DNA of 64,000 bases from an uncultured Planctomycetota bacterium (GCA_963849325.1 CAWKHF010000012.1:480001-544000), one strand, 5' to 3'; shown: positions 10,384 through 23,947, counted from the first letter of the stretch. Translations and numbers: made by a program. Notes: a model not told the origin generated them from the letters alone.

Positions 10384-12079
10384 CTATCTCCAGTCGCCGG
10401 AGAGAACGAAGGCGGCCCAGAAGCAGGGCGGCAAGCGACCGTCCTCCTTGGCCAGCCGCTCCTTCGGCACCTTCACGTCGATCATGCCGCGACCGATGCC
10501 TTCCTTGAGCATCCACAACTGCGCTGGCGCAGCGCCTCCAGGCGGGGCATCTTCTTCTTCCACAGGTTTTCGTAGAAGCGCATCATCAGGTCGCGCGTGG
10601 CCTTGTCCTCGACCTGCCACAGGCCCGCCACCACGCCGCGCGCTCCGGCCACCTGAAAGGCGCGTTGCAGACCCAACAGCCCTTCGCCGCCCGCCGCCTC
10701 GCCCAGACCCGTCTCGCAGGCCGACAGTACCGCCAGCTCCACGCCGGTCAGGTCCAGCGACTCCACCTCTACGCCGTCAGAATGCCGTCATCCTTGTCCG
10801 CCTCCGCCGGATGATTGGCCCCGGCCAGCACCAGGCCCGACAGCAGACCCGGATGGAAGCCCGCCACGCCCTTGCTACCGAACGGGTTGGCGGCGTCGGA
10901 CTCCTTGCCCCGCGACGCGGCACTCAGAGCGGAACGCAGCTGCGGGGGAGCGAAGAAGCCATGCGTGGCGAAGTTTGGGCGTGGCGAAGGCGAGGGTGGC
11001 CAGTTGCGACGAAACGCGATCGAGGTCGGCGAAGTCCTTGGCCAACTCGGGCCGTTGACGGGCCAAGCGTTGCTGGCGTTGACGGCGGCCAACGGTGCCT
11101 TTCCAGGCCAACATCGGACGATATTGCTGCTCGATACTTGCTCGGGCTTGCGGCGCCAGCGAGAGGTAGGCGTCCAGGCTGGAACGCAGATCCTGGAGCA
11201 TGGCGAGTTGCTGACGTTGGGATTGGACGGCGGCGGCCAGTTCCAGGTTGTCGCGGGAGATGGCGAGGGACTGTCGGTACAGCGGCTCGGCCTGGGCGTA
11301 GTCGCCCTGGGACTGGTACAGCCCGGCCAGGTTGTTCAGGTCGGTGGCGTAGTCGGGGTGCTTCGCGCCCAGCGCCTCCTTGCGGATCGCCAGCGCCTTC
11401 TGGTACAGCGGCTCGGCCTTGGCGTAGTCGCCCTGCGAGGAGTACAGCTGGGCCAGGTTGTTCAGGCTGGTGGCGTAGGAGGGGTGCTTGTCGCCCAACG
11501 CCTGCTTGCGGAACTCGACAACCTGACGAGCCCGTGGACCGCCTCGGGAAAGCGGCCCTGATGGTACAGCGCGACGACCTCCGCATTCAACCGCTCCGCT
11601 TCCGCCAACCGCTGACGTTGCGAGGCCGTCATCCGGCCCAGACCCTCGACATCCGCCAGCGCCAGCCGGGCATCGGTGACCTTCCAGTGTTCCGCGCCGT
11701 GCAGCTTGACGCGGATCGTCAGCACTTCCTGGCGCGCCTTGCGGGCCGCAGCGAAATCGTCGCGCTGTTGGTGCATTCCGGCCAGCCACTCCAGCGATCC
11801 GGCCACTTCTTCATGCATGTTGCCAAACACCTGCTGTTCGATGACCAGCATTTTCTCGGCGGCGGCGATGGCCTCGACCAGCTTGCCCTCTTGTTGAAGC
11901 GCTCTCGTCCGCGCCTCGAAGCGGTCGCGTTCCTTCAACTTCTCTTGCTGCTCTGGTGTCAGCGCTGCTTTCGGCGCTTCGGCCCGCAGAGCCAGGGATA
12001 CCGACGCCTGCGCTAACAGACATGCCGCCAAGACAATCGGGCACGAACGGAGACAACCAGCGATCCGGGTGCGAAACAT
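10384..12079 (-). pseudogene. CHAT domain (caspase-HetF) plus kinesin-light-chain-type TPR protein, frameshifted and internally deleted
   Basis: Signal peptide, YATSLNNLA TPR repeats, FATHGFF, LAVLSACETGLG and WAAFVLSGDWR; the N-terminal half of CHAT is missing. Confidence 0.75.
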
Positions 12080-12353
12080 GGGCCACTCCTGGTCAGGGTC
12101 GCCGTCTCTTCGCCCGGACGCATCCGGTCCAGGCAAGGGGGAGAAAGTGCCCTGCCATTGTCCGCGAGCGCCTCGGCCCACGCAAGGGGCTCGCTCGGTT
12201 TTCCACGCACCAGGCGGAATACGTTGCCACGGCGCTCCTTGCTCCCCCTCCCGCCGCCTCGCGGTCGAAAGTCGGCTTTACACCGCGCCCGTGGTCCTTA
12301 TCCTCCTTCGCCCAGTGGAACGGATGTCCTGTTCTCGAAGGTGAGGAGAGACG

Positions 12354-13273
12354 ATGTTGAAGCGATTGCTGAGTGCTGGGGTCGTGGTGATGCTGCTGTC
12401 GGCTGTCGGGATGAGGTTGCTGGTGCGGCGCGGGAAGTCCCTTCGCCGGAGAAACCCTCGAAGGACGAGAAACCGGCTGCCGGACGCTTCGCCGTCAGCG
12501 ACGTCATCATCCAGGGCAACCAGCGCATGACGACGGAGCAGGTGAAAGTGCGGCTGCGCACGCAGGCCGGCAAGGAGTACAACGCGGCGGCCGTGGATGA
12601 CGATGTCCGCGACCTGTACAAGACGAACCAGTTCAGCAACATCCGCACGCTCGTCCAGGACGACGGACCCGGCCAGAAGAAAGTCTTCTTCATCCTGCTC
12701 GACCTGCCCAGCCAGGTGCAGAAAGTCACCTTCCAGGGTGCCAAGCACATCAAGGAGGAGGAGCTGCGCAACGTCACCGGCATCCGTCCGGGTATGCCGC
12801 TCAACCCCAACCTCAATCGCCAGGGCTGCCGCAAGATCGAGGAGAAATACGAAGAGCAGGGACGGTGGTTCGCCCACTGCGACCTGGCCAAGGGCGACAA
12901 GTTGGGGGATAACGAGGTGATCTATGACATCACCGAATGCCCCAAGGTCAAGGTCCGCAGCATTCAATTCAGCGGCAACACCTTCGTCAGCGGACAGCGC
13001 CTGGCCGCCAAGATCAAGTCGTCGTCGGAGTGGTTCCACCTTTTCGGCGGCACCTACAACCGCGAGATGGCCGAGGCGGACGCCATCGAACTGATCAAGT
13101 ATTACCGCGCCTTCGGCTTCCAGGACGTTCGGGTGGGGTTGGAGAAGGAGCGGTCGTCCGACGGCAACGAAGTGACGTTGGTCTTTCACATTCACGAAGG
13201 CGATCGCTACCAGGTCCGTGACAAAGGGCCGGAAGCCGATGGATCGAAGGACGCCTCGGCTCAAGAGAAGTAA
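12354..13273 (+). CDS. POTRA domain protein (BamA periplasmic-like, no beta-barrel); frameshift after the signal peptide
   Basis: GGAG RBS plus ATG 12354 (MLKRLLSAGVVV..), then three POTRA-like units (VIIQGNQR, VTFQGAKH, IQFSGNTF..IHEGDRY). Confidence 0.75.
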
Positions 13274-13378
13274 CAAGCAACGCAACGACAGTCACGAAGG
13301 ACCGGAGGAGGTCTCGCTGCACTGTCCATTCCTCGGAGGCATGGACCGTCCCGCGAGACTTCCTCCGGCCGCGTTTCC

Positions 13379-13408
13379 TTGACGGATAAGGGGTTGGGGA
13401 GGTATGGT
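13379..13408 (+). promoter_or_regulatory. Candidate sigma70 promoter of the nucleotide-sugar operon
   Basis: TTGACG-N18-TATGGT, 40 bp upstream of rfbB. Confidence 0.45.
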
Positions 13409-13447
13409 CTGACCGGGCGATTTGCGAAAGTTCCGAGCGGGGGTGCC

Positions 13448-14475
13448 ATGATCTCGATGCTCGTGACGGGCGGTTGCGGCTTCATCGGCAGCAACTTCAT
13501 CCACTACATCCTGGAGCACGAAGCGGACGTGCCACGTCGTCAACTTCGACGCCCTGACCTACGCCGGCAACCTCGCCAACCTCGCCGACCTCGCCGACCA
13601 CCCCCGCTATCGCTTCGTCCACGGCGACATCACCGACCGCGCAGACGGTCGAGGCGGCCTTCGCCGGCGTCGCACTCCGTCATCCATTTCGCCGCCGAAA
13701 GCCACGTCGATCGCAGCATCCAGGACTCCGGCCCGTTCGTCCGCACCAACGTCGTGGGCACGCAGGTCCTGCTCGACGCCGCCCGCAGCCGCCGGCGTCG
13801 AGCGCTTCGTTCAGGTATCCACCGACGAGGTCTACGGCAGCCTCGGCGCCAGCGGCGCTTTCCGCGAGGACACGCCGCTGGCGCCGAACAGCCCCTACGC
13901 CGCCAGCAAGGCGGCCGCCGACTTGCTCGTCCGCAGCTACGTCCACACCTTCGGCTTCCCGGCCCTCATCACGCGCTGCTCGAACAACTACGGTCCTTAC
14001 CAGTTCCCCGAGAAGCTGATCCCGCTGTTCATCAGCAATCTGCTCCGCGACGAGCCGGTGCCGGTCTACGGCGACGGCCAGAACGTCCGCGATTGGATCC
14101 ACGTCCGCGACCACTGCGCCGGCATCCACGCCGTTTGGCGCCGCGGCCGGGTCGGCGAGGTCTACAACCTCGGCGGCCGCTGCGAGCGCACCAACCTGCA
14201 ACTGACGCACGCCTTGCTCGACGCCCTGGGCAAGCCGGCGTCGCTGATCCGCTACGTGCCGGACCGTCCCGGCCACGACCGGCGCTACGCCATCGACTGC
14301 GGCAAGATCGAGCGCGAGCTGGGCTGGCGGCCGCACGGTCGTCTTCGAGGACGGCCTGCGCGAAACCATCGCCTGGTATCGCGGCCACGACGACTGGATC
14401 GCCGCCATCCGCAACGGTGAATACCATGCAATACTACGAGCAGCAATACCGTTCTCTTTCCGCGGGACCACGCTC

Positions 14476-14479
<4 letters not shown>
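13448..14479 (+). CDS. rfbB: dTDP-glucose 4,6-dehydratase (frameshifts)
   Basis: Motifs [45 protein letters not shown] and DRPGHDRRY. Confidence 0.92.
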
Positions 14480-15494
<1,015 letters not shown>

Positions 15495-15522
15495 CGAGAA
15501 CTTGTTTTTGGACAGGCTTGCC

Positions 15523-16478
15523 ATGCGTATCCTGGTGACGGGAGTGACGGGTTTCGCGGGGGGCCATCTGGCCGAGACCCTGCTGGCGCGCGGCGACGAC
15601 ACCATCGTCGGCCTCGAGCCGCCGGGCGTCGTGGCCGGACTCGTGGGGCCATTTGGCCGGACGTGTCGAGTTGCGCGGCTGCGACCTGTGCGCCGCGGAC
15701 CACCCTGGAAGCGATCCTGCGCGACGTGCGGCCGGAACGGATCTACCACCTGGCCGGCTATCCGCACGTCGGCCGATCGTTTCAGGAGCCGGACGCGGCC
15801 TGGGACGGCAACCTGACGGCGACGCGCGGCCTGTACGATGCTGTCGTGCGCTGGGGCGGCCGGCCGCGTATCCTCTTCGTCGGCAGCGGCCTGGTCTACG
15901 GCGAGAGCGAGGCCGCCGGCGAGCGGCTGCGAGGAGACGTGTCTGCTGCGACCGGACAACCCCTACGCGGCCAGCAAGGCGGCGGCCGACCTGCTCAGCT
16001 ATCAGTACACGCGCCATCCCGGGCTGGACATCGTGCGCGTCCGTCCCTTCAACCACATCGGCCCGCGCCAATCGCCGCAGTTCGCCGTGGCCAGCTTCGC
16101 CCGCCAGTGGTGGCCATCGAGCGCGGCCGGCAGCCGCCGGTACTGGAACCGGCAACCTCGGTCGCGCCGCGACCTGACCGACGTGCGCGACATGGTCGCC
16201 GCCTACCTGCTGCTGATGGAGCGCGGCCGAACCGGCGAAGTGTACAACGTCGGCTCCGGACAGAACTATGCCATGCAGACCGTGCTCGATCGGCTGCTGG
16301 CCCTGTCGGGCGTGGCCGTCGAAGTGCGGCAGAAGGACAGCCTGGTGCGGGCGACGGACGATCCCCGGTCATTCGGGCCGACGTCGCCAAGCTGCGGCGC
16401 GAAACGGACTGGTCGCCACGCTTCGCGCTCGATCAGACCTTGAGCGACACGCTGGCTTACTGGCGCAGTCAGGAATAG
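15523..16478 (+). CDS. NAD-dependent epimerase/dehydratase, Rmd-like (GDP-6-deoxy-D-lyxo-4-hexulose reductase); frameshifts
   Basis: Motifs [26 protein letters not shown] and RRDLTDVRD; directly follows gmd. Confidence 0.75.
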
Positions 16479-16573
16479 GGAATAGGGAATAGGGAATAGG
16501 GAATAGGGAATAGGGAATAGGCAATAGGGCAGAAACTTCTTCTCTAGTCCCTATTCCCTATTCCCTATTCCCT
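16472..16573. repeat. Inverted heptamer tandem repeats (GGGAATA)n...(TATTCCC)n
   Basis: About 8 forward and 3 reverse copies; the upstream stop codon lies in the repeat. Confidence 0.9.
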
Positions 16574-16590
16574 GTTCAGGGAGGAACACC

Positions 16591-17903
<1,313 letters not shown>

Positions 17904-17913
<10 letters not shown>

Positions 17914-18023
17914 GGAATAGGGAGATAGGGAATAGAGGCGACGGAAGAAGCCTCACCTCTATTCCCTATTCCCTATTCCCTATTCCCTATTCCCTATTCC
18001 CTATTCCCTATTCCCTATTCCCT
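17904..18023. repeat. Inverted heptamer tandem repeats (GGGAATA)n...(TATTCCC)n
   Basis: About 4 forward and 9 reverse copies after ugd. Confidence 0.9.
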
Positions 18024-18219
18024 TCTCTGCTTCAAACTGGGCTTGCCCGTGTCGATCCCTTCGTTATAAGCAGCGCAGCCAGAAGAATCGTCCCGGCGCA
18101 AGCGACATCTCGCGCCGGTTCCGGGGAGACTGCTCATGACCGGGCCGGGTCCGCGCCGAGAGAGGAACAGGACGGCTGCGCGAAGGAGGGGCGGGCGGCA
18201 GCGTCCGTGGAGGACTCCC

Positions 18220-19373
18220 ATGCGATTCGCTTCCCTGATCGGTGGTCTCGTCCTGTTGTTCGTCCTGTCCGGCTCGCTCGCCGCCGCGGACGCCCCGGCC
18301 GAACGTCCGCACGGTCGTCGTTCCGCAGGCCCAGGTCTGGTGTGGCCCAAGCAGCTCCGACGGCCTTTATCCGACCAACCTGCTCCGCCAGGGCGACCGC
18401 GTGCAGGTCGTCGAGGAGTTGCCAAGCGGATGGCTGGCGATTCGTCCGCCGGCCGGTTCCTTCAGGCTGGATCAACACGCGCTTCCTGCAACAGATCGCC
18501 GCCAAATACAGCAACTACGTGGTAGCTTACGAAGGCTACCCGGTGCCGGTCCTCGTCGGCAGCAGCGTCAAGACGGATCGGCCGACCCGGTGCGGCGTCA
18601 AGCTGCCGCGCGGCGCCCAGGTGCGCGGCATCGGCCGTACCATGACGGACGACGAGGGCACTTGGCTGCCCATCGAACCGCCGGACGGCGAGGTCCGCTA
18701 CGTCCGCACGGAGGACGTGGCCAAACCCGGACCTCCGGTGCGCACCGCCGCCGCTTCCCCTCCGGCTCGGCCGGCCTCCACTATCCCGCCACCGCCTCCC
18801 GATGGCGACGCCCTGTGGCGCGACGCCGAAAAGGCCGAACGCACGGGCCGCCTCGCCGACGCCATTCGACTCTACCAGTTGGCCGGCGACGCCAACCTCG
18901 CCGTCAACCGCGCCCGCGCCGACGAGGCGTATCGGCGTGCGCACTGGCTCCAGCAAGCCAACACGACTACCAACGCGCCGGGCGGTTCCTACTACTACCC
19001 GGATCGCAACGCCCAGGCGACTCCGCCGGCGGCGAACCCCGTCCGTCTGATCGGTCCCTCGTCTCCAGGAGCGCCGGCGGCACAACTCGTTTCCACCCAG
19101 ACCGCCTCGTCCCCCTGGGGCACGTCATCTACCGCCGGGTACGGCCCACCTGTGACCGGACGACTGAATCGACCCTATCGCACCCTGGAAAATCAGTGGG
19201 TCTATCTCCTGATGAAAGAGGACGGCTCGCCGATCACCTATGTGATCGCCCAGCCGGGCGTCGATCTGTCAGGCTACATCAATCGCCGGATCGAGCTGTG
19301 CGGACCCGTCACCTATCGCTCGGACCTGCGCGGCAACCTGTTGAGGGCCGCCCAGGTCCGGGAAGTGCCCTAA
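18220..19373 (+). CDS. Secreted SH3-like domain protein (frameshifts)
   Basis: GGAGG RBS and signal peptide MRFASLIGGLVLL; two SH3b-like units (YPTNLLRQGDRV..WLAIRPP; WLPIEPP) and a Pro-rich linker. Confidence 0.7.
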
Positions 19374-19465
19374 TCCACGTTCCCAAGGATGGTGTCTCGT
19401 TTAGCCACGACTTTTGTATTTGTCGTTTTCCGTTCTTTCCGTGTTTTCCGTGGTGAAATGTCTTT

Positions 19466-20254
19466 TTAGAGTGGTGTCTTGGGGAAGGGGGGGGTCTCGT
19501 TATAGGTGTGCATCATGCGCTCGACCAACCAGTCTGGCGCCCAGCGCGCGAATTTCATAAACAGCGACATCTGCCAGGGGAAATTGTAGACCTTTCGTTT
19601 GCGTTTCAGGGCGCGGACGATGCGGCGAGCCGCCTCCTCAGCGCTGAGCAACCACGGCATCTTGAATTCGTTCACTTCCGTCATCGGCGTTTGCACGAAG
19701 CCCGGACAGATGGTCGTCACGGCAATGCCCTTGCTCCGTAGTTGCACCCGCAGTCCGTCCATGAAGACGTTCACCGCTGCCTTGCTCGACGTGTAGCCCG
19801 ACTCGCCCGGCAGCCCCATGTAGGATGCGATGCTGGAGACGGCGGCCAAATGGCCGCGCCGCCGTTGGAGCATTTCCGGCAGTACCGCCTCCAGCGAATA
19901 GACGATGCCCAGCACGTTGACGCGAAACATCTTCTCCACGTCGCCGACGTTGAACGGCTCCACGGTCGTCGGCACACCGACGCCGGCGTTGGCGAGGAGC
20001 AGATCGACCGGCCCCAGGCGGCTGGCGACGTCGCGGATGGCGGCGACGGTTTGCTCGCGCTCGGCCACGTCGGCGGCGGCGAAGGCGGCCGTACCGCCGG
20101 ACTTGTCGATCTCCGCGGCGAGGTCGGCGAGTTGTTCGCGCCGCCGGGCCACTAGTCCGACCTTGCAGCCCTCGGCGGCCAGCGTGCGGCTGACGGCCCA
20201 GCCGATGCCGCTGGAAGCTCCCGTGACAATGGCGACCTGACCGGCGAACGACAT
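19466..20254 (-). CDS. Short-chain dehydrogenase/reductase
   Basis: Motifs TGASSGIG, NAG, YTSSK and PGFVQT. Confidence 0.92.
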   Translation of the reverse strand: MSFAGQVAIVTGASSGIGWAVSRTLAAEGCKVGLVARRREQLADLAAEIDKSGGTAAFAAADVAEREQTVAAIRDVASRLGPVDLLLANAGVGVPTTVEPFNVGDVEKMFRVNVLGIVYSLEAVLPEMLQRRRGHLAAVSSIASYMGLPGESGYTSSKAAVNVFMDGLRVQLRSKGIAVTTICPGFVQTPMTEVNEFKMPWLLSAEEAARRIVRALKRKRKVYNFPWQMSLFMKFARWAPDWLVERMMHTYNETPPFPKTPL

Positions 20255-20404
20255 ACGCACCTCCGCAATCCTGATACCGTCCCCAGGTTCCGTCCCACCG
20301 GCGCGACAGGCGCAGCCGGCGCCGCGGGATGGGGTCTTTCACTTTCGCGTCCGGCTCGATTCGCCGCAAGCCCGATGTGATGCCCCAGCGTGTTACAATG
20401 ACAA

Positions 20405-20459
20405 TCGGAGCCGGCAGCGTCCGCGAGGGAATGCCCCTCGCGGACGCTGCCGGCTCCGA
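20405..20459. repeat. REP-like perfect palindrome (family C)
   Basis: 25-bp arms; a related copy lies at 61699-61756. Confidence 0.85.
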
Positions 20460-20476
20460 ACAAAACGGATGCTCCC

Positions 20477-23068
20477 ATGAAGCGCATCGCTGTCGGGATT
20501 GGGGTGATTCTTTGTCACCTTGTCACCTTGTCACCTTGTCACCTTGTCGCGGCGGCACCGAGGCCGAAGTGGTACGACGTGCAGATCTCCTACCGTATCC
20601 ATGCCTTCCGCAACGAGCGCGTGAAGCAGTATAACGAGATGATGCGCTTCCTCAAAAAAGTCGATTTCATGCGCGATCCGGAGGACGTTCCCGAGGACAG
20701 CGAGCCGGAGAACTCCCAGCACACGCGGCTGCACGGCACCATCTCGGCCCCGCATGCGCGGCAGTTGCTCGACGAACGACACATCCGCTCCGTCCTGCTT
20801 TTCCCGCACGGAGAAAAGCCTCCCGAGGACAAGACGCAGTTGGTCCGCGTCAATCTGGAGTTGTTCACCGGCCTGAACGCGGAGAGGCAGCGTCAGCTCC
20901 ACGAGCAGACGTTTGAAGTGCTGGCCGGCTTGCAGTTCCGCGGCGCGGTCGGCTACGACCATCGCGGCTTTACCCGCCTGCTCGGTTCGATGCCGTACAA
21001 CCGCCTGGAAACGCTGCTGACGGACCTGCGCGAGCAGCCGGCCGGCCAGCGGATGTCCGGGCCGTTCCGCAACGTCTGGGCCGTCCGCCTGGCGGAAGTT
21101 CTTCCCGGCATGCCGCTGCCGATGCCGCGTCCACGCCCGCCCCAGGTGCCCAAGGAGCAGGAGAAACTCTCCCCCGATCTCCGCGACGTGCTCAGCGACG
21201 CGGCCGCCGCGGCCAAACCGACACGCCTGGATGTGATTCTGGCCGCGACGCCGGCTCCGGAGGACAACAGCTATCGTTCCTTGCTGGCTCGTGCGGCCCC
21301 CGGCCTGGTCGTGGAAGGCCGACTTGGCCCGCTCGTCAGCGTCGTCGCCCATCCCGCCCAGGCTCCCGCCCTGGCCGCGCTCCCCGAAGTGACGGCGGTA
21401 CGATTGCCGCGCACCCCTTCGCCGACTGCGCAGCCGGCCGCGCCGGACAACACTCGTTGGCAGCCGCTGCTCCAGGCCAGCGGCGCCGCCCGCCTGCACG
21501 CACTGGGTCAGCGCGGGCGCGGCACGCGCGTGGCCGTCGTGGATGGCGACTTCCGCGGCTGGGAAGCGCTCGTCGGCAAGGGACTCCCGGCCAAGACCCG
21601 CCTCATCGACCTGACGCGCGCGCGCAACGCCGACTTGCAGCCCGATCCGTTCCCCGCCGTCGGTCCCGAACTCGGCTCCGGCACGCGCCACGCCCTGACC
21701 ATCGCGCGACTGGCCCCCGAGGTCAGCCTGACGTTGATCCGCATCGACCCCGCCGCTCCGTACATGCTCGAAGCCGCTGCTCGGGACATCAACGGCGATC
21801 CGATTCGCACCATCAACCTCGACAATCGCCGCGACCAACTGGAACGCACTCAGGATGCGCTCGACAAGCGCCGCGACGCCTTGCTGGAGGAACGCCGCCT
21901 CGTCCTCAACGACTTCCGCCAGGAGGGCGAGGCTGTCACACGCCGCAAGGAGTATTTCGAGAAGCAGAAAGCCTACGACCAGGACTCGGCCCGATATTAC
22001 GCGACCCTGGGCCGTTATCTGCAATTCCAGCGCGACCTGCTTTCGCTGCGCGGCATTCGCGTTGTGGCGTCGGCGTCCTCGTGGCCCGATGGGTTCCCCG
22101 TGGACGGCACCAGTACGCTGAGCCGCTATTTCGACGATCGGCCCTTCCGCGCCGCCCTGTGGTTTCAGGCGGCCGGCAATACGCGCGGACAGAGCTGGAC
22201 CGGCCTGTTCCGCGACGCCGACAGTAACGGCGTCATGGAGTTCGCCCCCCCCGATCAACGGCTCCCCGAGGGTCTGTGGACGTCGGAGCTGAACTTCCTG
22301 TCCTGGCGGACGCCGGCCGGACGGACGGTGCCGGACATCCCTGCCGGTTCGCGCTTCCGCATCACTCTCCAGTGGCGCGAGGCCCACGATCCGCTCTACG
22401 CCCAGACGGGGGAAGACCCCTATCGCAATCCGCTGGCCCGGCTGCGCGTTTTCCTGCTGCATCAGCCGGACCCCAGCGGCGCTCGCCAGCCGGCCGACGA
22501 CCTGGAAATCGTCGCTCAGTCGGTCGGAGTGCCTCAGCGTCTCGACGCCTCGCCCGGCTCGGCCACGTATGAGATCACCCTGGAAGTGCAGGTGAAGAAG
22601 GCCGGACGCTACGCCGTGCGCATCGAGGGCCGGGCGCCGGAGACGATCTATCCGCCGGGCGAGCCGACGCTGCCGGTCCTGCGCAAACACGGCGAACTGT
22701 ACCTGCGTCTGTTCGTGGCACCCCTGGACGCCACCGGCCGAGCGGTGCTGCACGATTACGTCACGGCCGCCGGCAGCCTGGGCATGCCCGCCGACGCCCG
22801 CACGGCGATCACCGTCGGCGCCGCCGACGACCGCAACCACCGTCAACCTTACAGCGCCGGCGGAGCGCCGTTTAACCTGGCTCTGCTGTCCAAGCCGGAC
22901 GTGCTCTCCTACGACCGCAGCGAGGGCACGGCGGAGGCTGCCGCCTTCGCCGCCGGCCTGACGGCGCTGCTCCCGCACGTCGGGCGTTCCCCGACGGCCT
23001 GTCTGCAAGGTCTGCACGTTCCGCCGGGAGGCGTACTTTGTCTGCCTGAGGGATCGCCCCATCGGTGA
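20477..23068 (+). CDS. Secreted subtilase (S8)-like protein, probably catalytically inactive
   Basis: GRGTRVAVVDGDF, AAGN, AITVGA and KPDV blocks; His and Ser motifs degenerate (SGTRHA, GTAEAA). Confidence 0.7.
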   Translation: MKRIAVGIGVILCHLVTLSPCHLVAAAPRPKWYDVQISYRIHAFRNERVKQYNEMMRFLKKVDFMRDPEDVPEDSEPENSQHTRLHGTISAPHARQLLDERHIRSVLLFPHGEKPPEDKTQLVRVNLELFTGLNAERQRQLHEQTFEVLAGLQFRGAVGYDHRGFTRLLGSMPYNRLETLLTDLREQPAGQRMSGPFRNVWAVRLAEVLPGMPLPMPRPRPPQVPKEQEKLSPDLRDVLSDAAAAAKPTRLDVILAATPAPEDNSYRSLLARAAPGLVVEGRLGPLVSVVAHPAQAPALAALPEVTAVRLPRTPSPTAQPAAPDNTRWQPLLQASGAARLHALGQRGRGTRVAVVDGDFRGWEALVGKGLPAKTRLIDLTRARNADLQPDPFPAVGPELGSGTRHALTIARLAPEVSLTLIRIDPAAPYMLEAAARDINGDPIRTINLDNRRDQLERTQDALDKRRDALLEERRLVLNDFRQEGEAVTRRKEYFEKQKAYDQDSARYYATLGRYLQFQRDLLSLRGIRVVASASSWPDGFPVDGTSTLSRYFDDRPFRAALWFQAAGNTRGQSWTGLFRDADSNGVMEFAPPDQRLPEGLWTSELNFLSWRTPAGRTVPDIPAGSRFRITLQWREAHDPLYAQTGEDPYRNPLARLRVFLLHQPDPSGARQPADDLEIVAQSVGVPQRLDASPGSATYEITLEVQVKKAGRYAVRIEGRAPETIYPPGEPTLPVLRKHGELYLRLFVAPLDATGRAVLHDYVTAAGSLGMPADARTAITVGAADDRNHRQPYSAGGAPFNLALLSKPDVLSYDRSEGTAEAAAFAAGLTALLPHVGRSPTACLQGLHVPPGGVLCLPEGSPHR
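20512..20548 (+). repeat. Octamer tandem repeat (TTGTCACC)x4.6 in the signal-peptide coding region
   Basis: Directly visible; encodes CHLVTLSPCHLV. Confidence 0.9.
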
Positions 23069-23101
23069 CAAATGATCGGTTTCTCTTGCGGGGAGTGCAT
23101 C

Positions 23102-23314
23102 ATGCCTCTGACGTTTGACGCGATTTACGAAGATGGCGTTCTGAAACCGGCCCAGCCGCTGCCGCTCCAGGAACACGAGAAAGTCCGCCTCACCCTTCAA
23201 CCTGCAGCGAATTGGGTGGAAGAGACTTACGGGATCATTGGCTGGAAGGGCGATCCTGAGGAGCTCCGACGCTTGGCGCTGGCTCCCGAATTCGACTTGG
23301 AGGAGGGGCCATGA
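23102..23314 (+). CDS. Antitoxin, AF2212/DUF104-like
   Basis: AIYEDGVLKP motif; stop overlaps the toxin start (ATGA). Confidence 0.85.
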   Translation: MPLTFDAIYEDGVLKPAQPLPLQEHEKVRLTLQPAANWVEETYGIIGWKGDPEELRRLALAPEFDLEEGP

Positions 23315-23811
23315 TCTTCGCTGATCTGGCGGCCGGTGACACGATCTTTGTGGATGCCAATACGTTCATTTACCACTTCGCCCCCGACCCTGTTCTCGCC
23401 TCGCCCTGCGGCCAGTTGCTTCAGCGGATCGAGAACCAGGAATTCGATGGATTCACCTCCCTGCACTTACTGAGCGAGGTCGCCCACAAGTTGATGACCC
23501 TTGAAGCCAATCGAATCTTCGGCTGGCCCCTGATGGGAATGGCCAACCGCTTGCGGAGGCATCCCGCGGAGGTGCAACGGCTCACGGCTTTTCGGCAGGC
23601 GATTCACCAGGTCGCCACCAGCCGCATTCGCGTGCTGGCAGCGCCGGTGTCGGCCCTTGTGGATGCGACGGCTATCAGTCAGCAGACCGGCTTGCTCATC
23701 AACGATGCCCTGATCGTGGCTTTGATGCGAGCGAACGGCCTGACGCGACTGGCCAGCCACGACGCCGATTTCGACCGCGTGCCGGGCTTGACGCGCTACG
23801 CTCCTGTCTGA
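23311..23811 (+). CDS. vapC: PIN-domain toxin (VapC family)
   Basis: Motifs FVDANTFIY, SEV, LLINDALIVA and ASHDADF. Confidence 0.88.
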   Translation: MIFADLAAGDTIFVDANTFIYHFAPDPVLASPCGQLLQRIENQEFDGFTSLHLLSEVAHKLMTLEANRIFGWPLMGMANRLRRHPAEVQRLTAFRQAIHQVATSRIRVLAAPVSALVDATAISQQTGLLINDALIVALMRANGLTRLASHDADFDRVPGLTRYAPV

Positions 23812-23947
23812 GTGGGAGGACGGTATCGTCCTCACTCTCCTCCGAAGAGTGCGCGGGAGTTATCCGTGGAGTCAGCCTATCTTGATTCTTTCGTGAAATT
23901 CTGGTGGGATAGCCGGCGCGAGGGACGAGCCGGCCTTCCCTCGTCCC

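Noticed and set aside
10765-10772. Second in-frame amber codon, in the CHAT gene
   Set aside because: It results from a 1-base deletion (GILTA-[L]-EVESLDL continues in another frame), not from a read-through stop.
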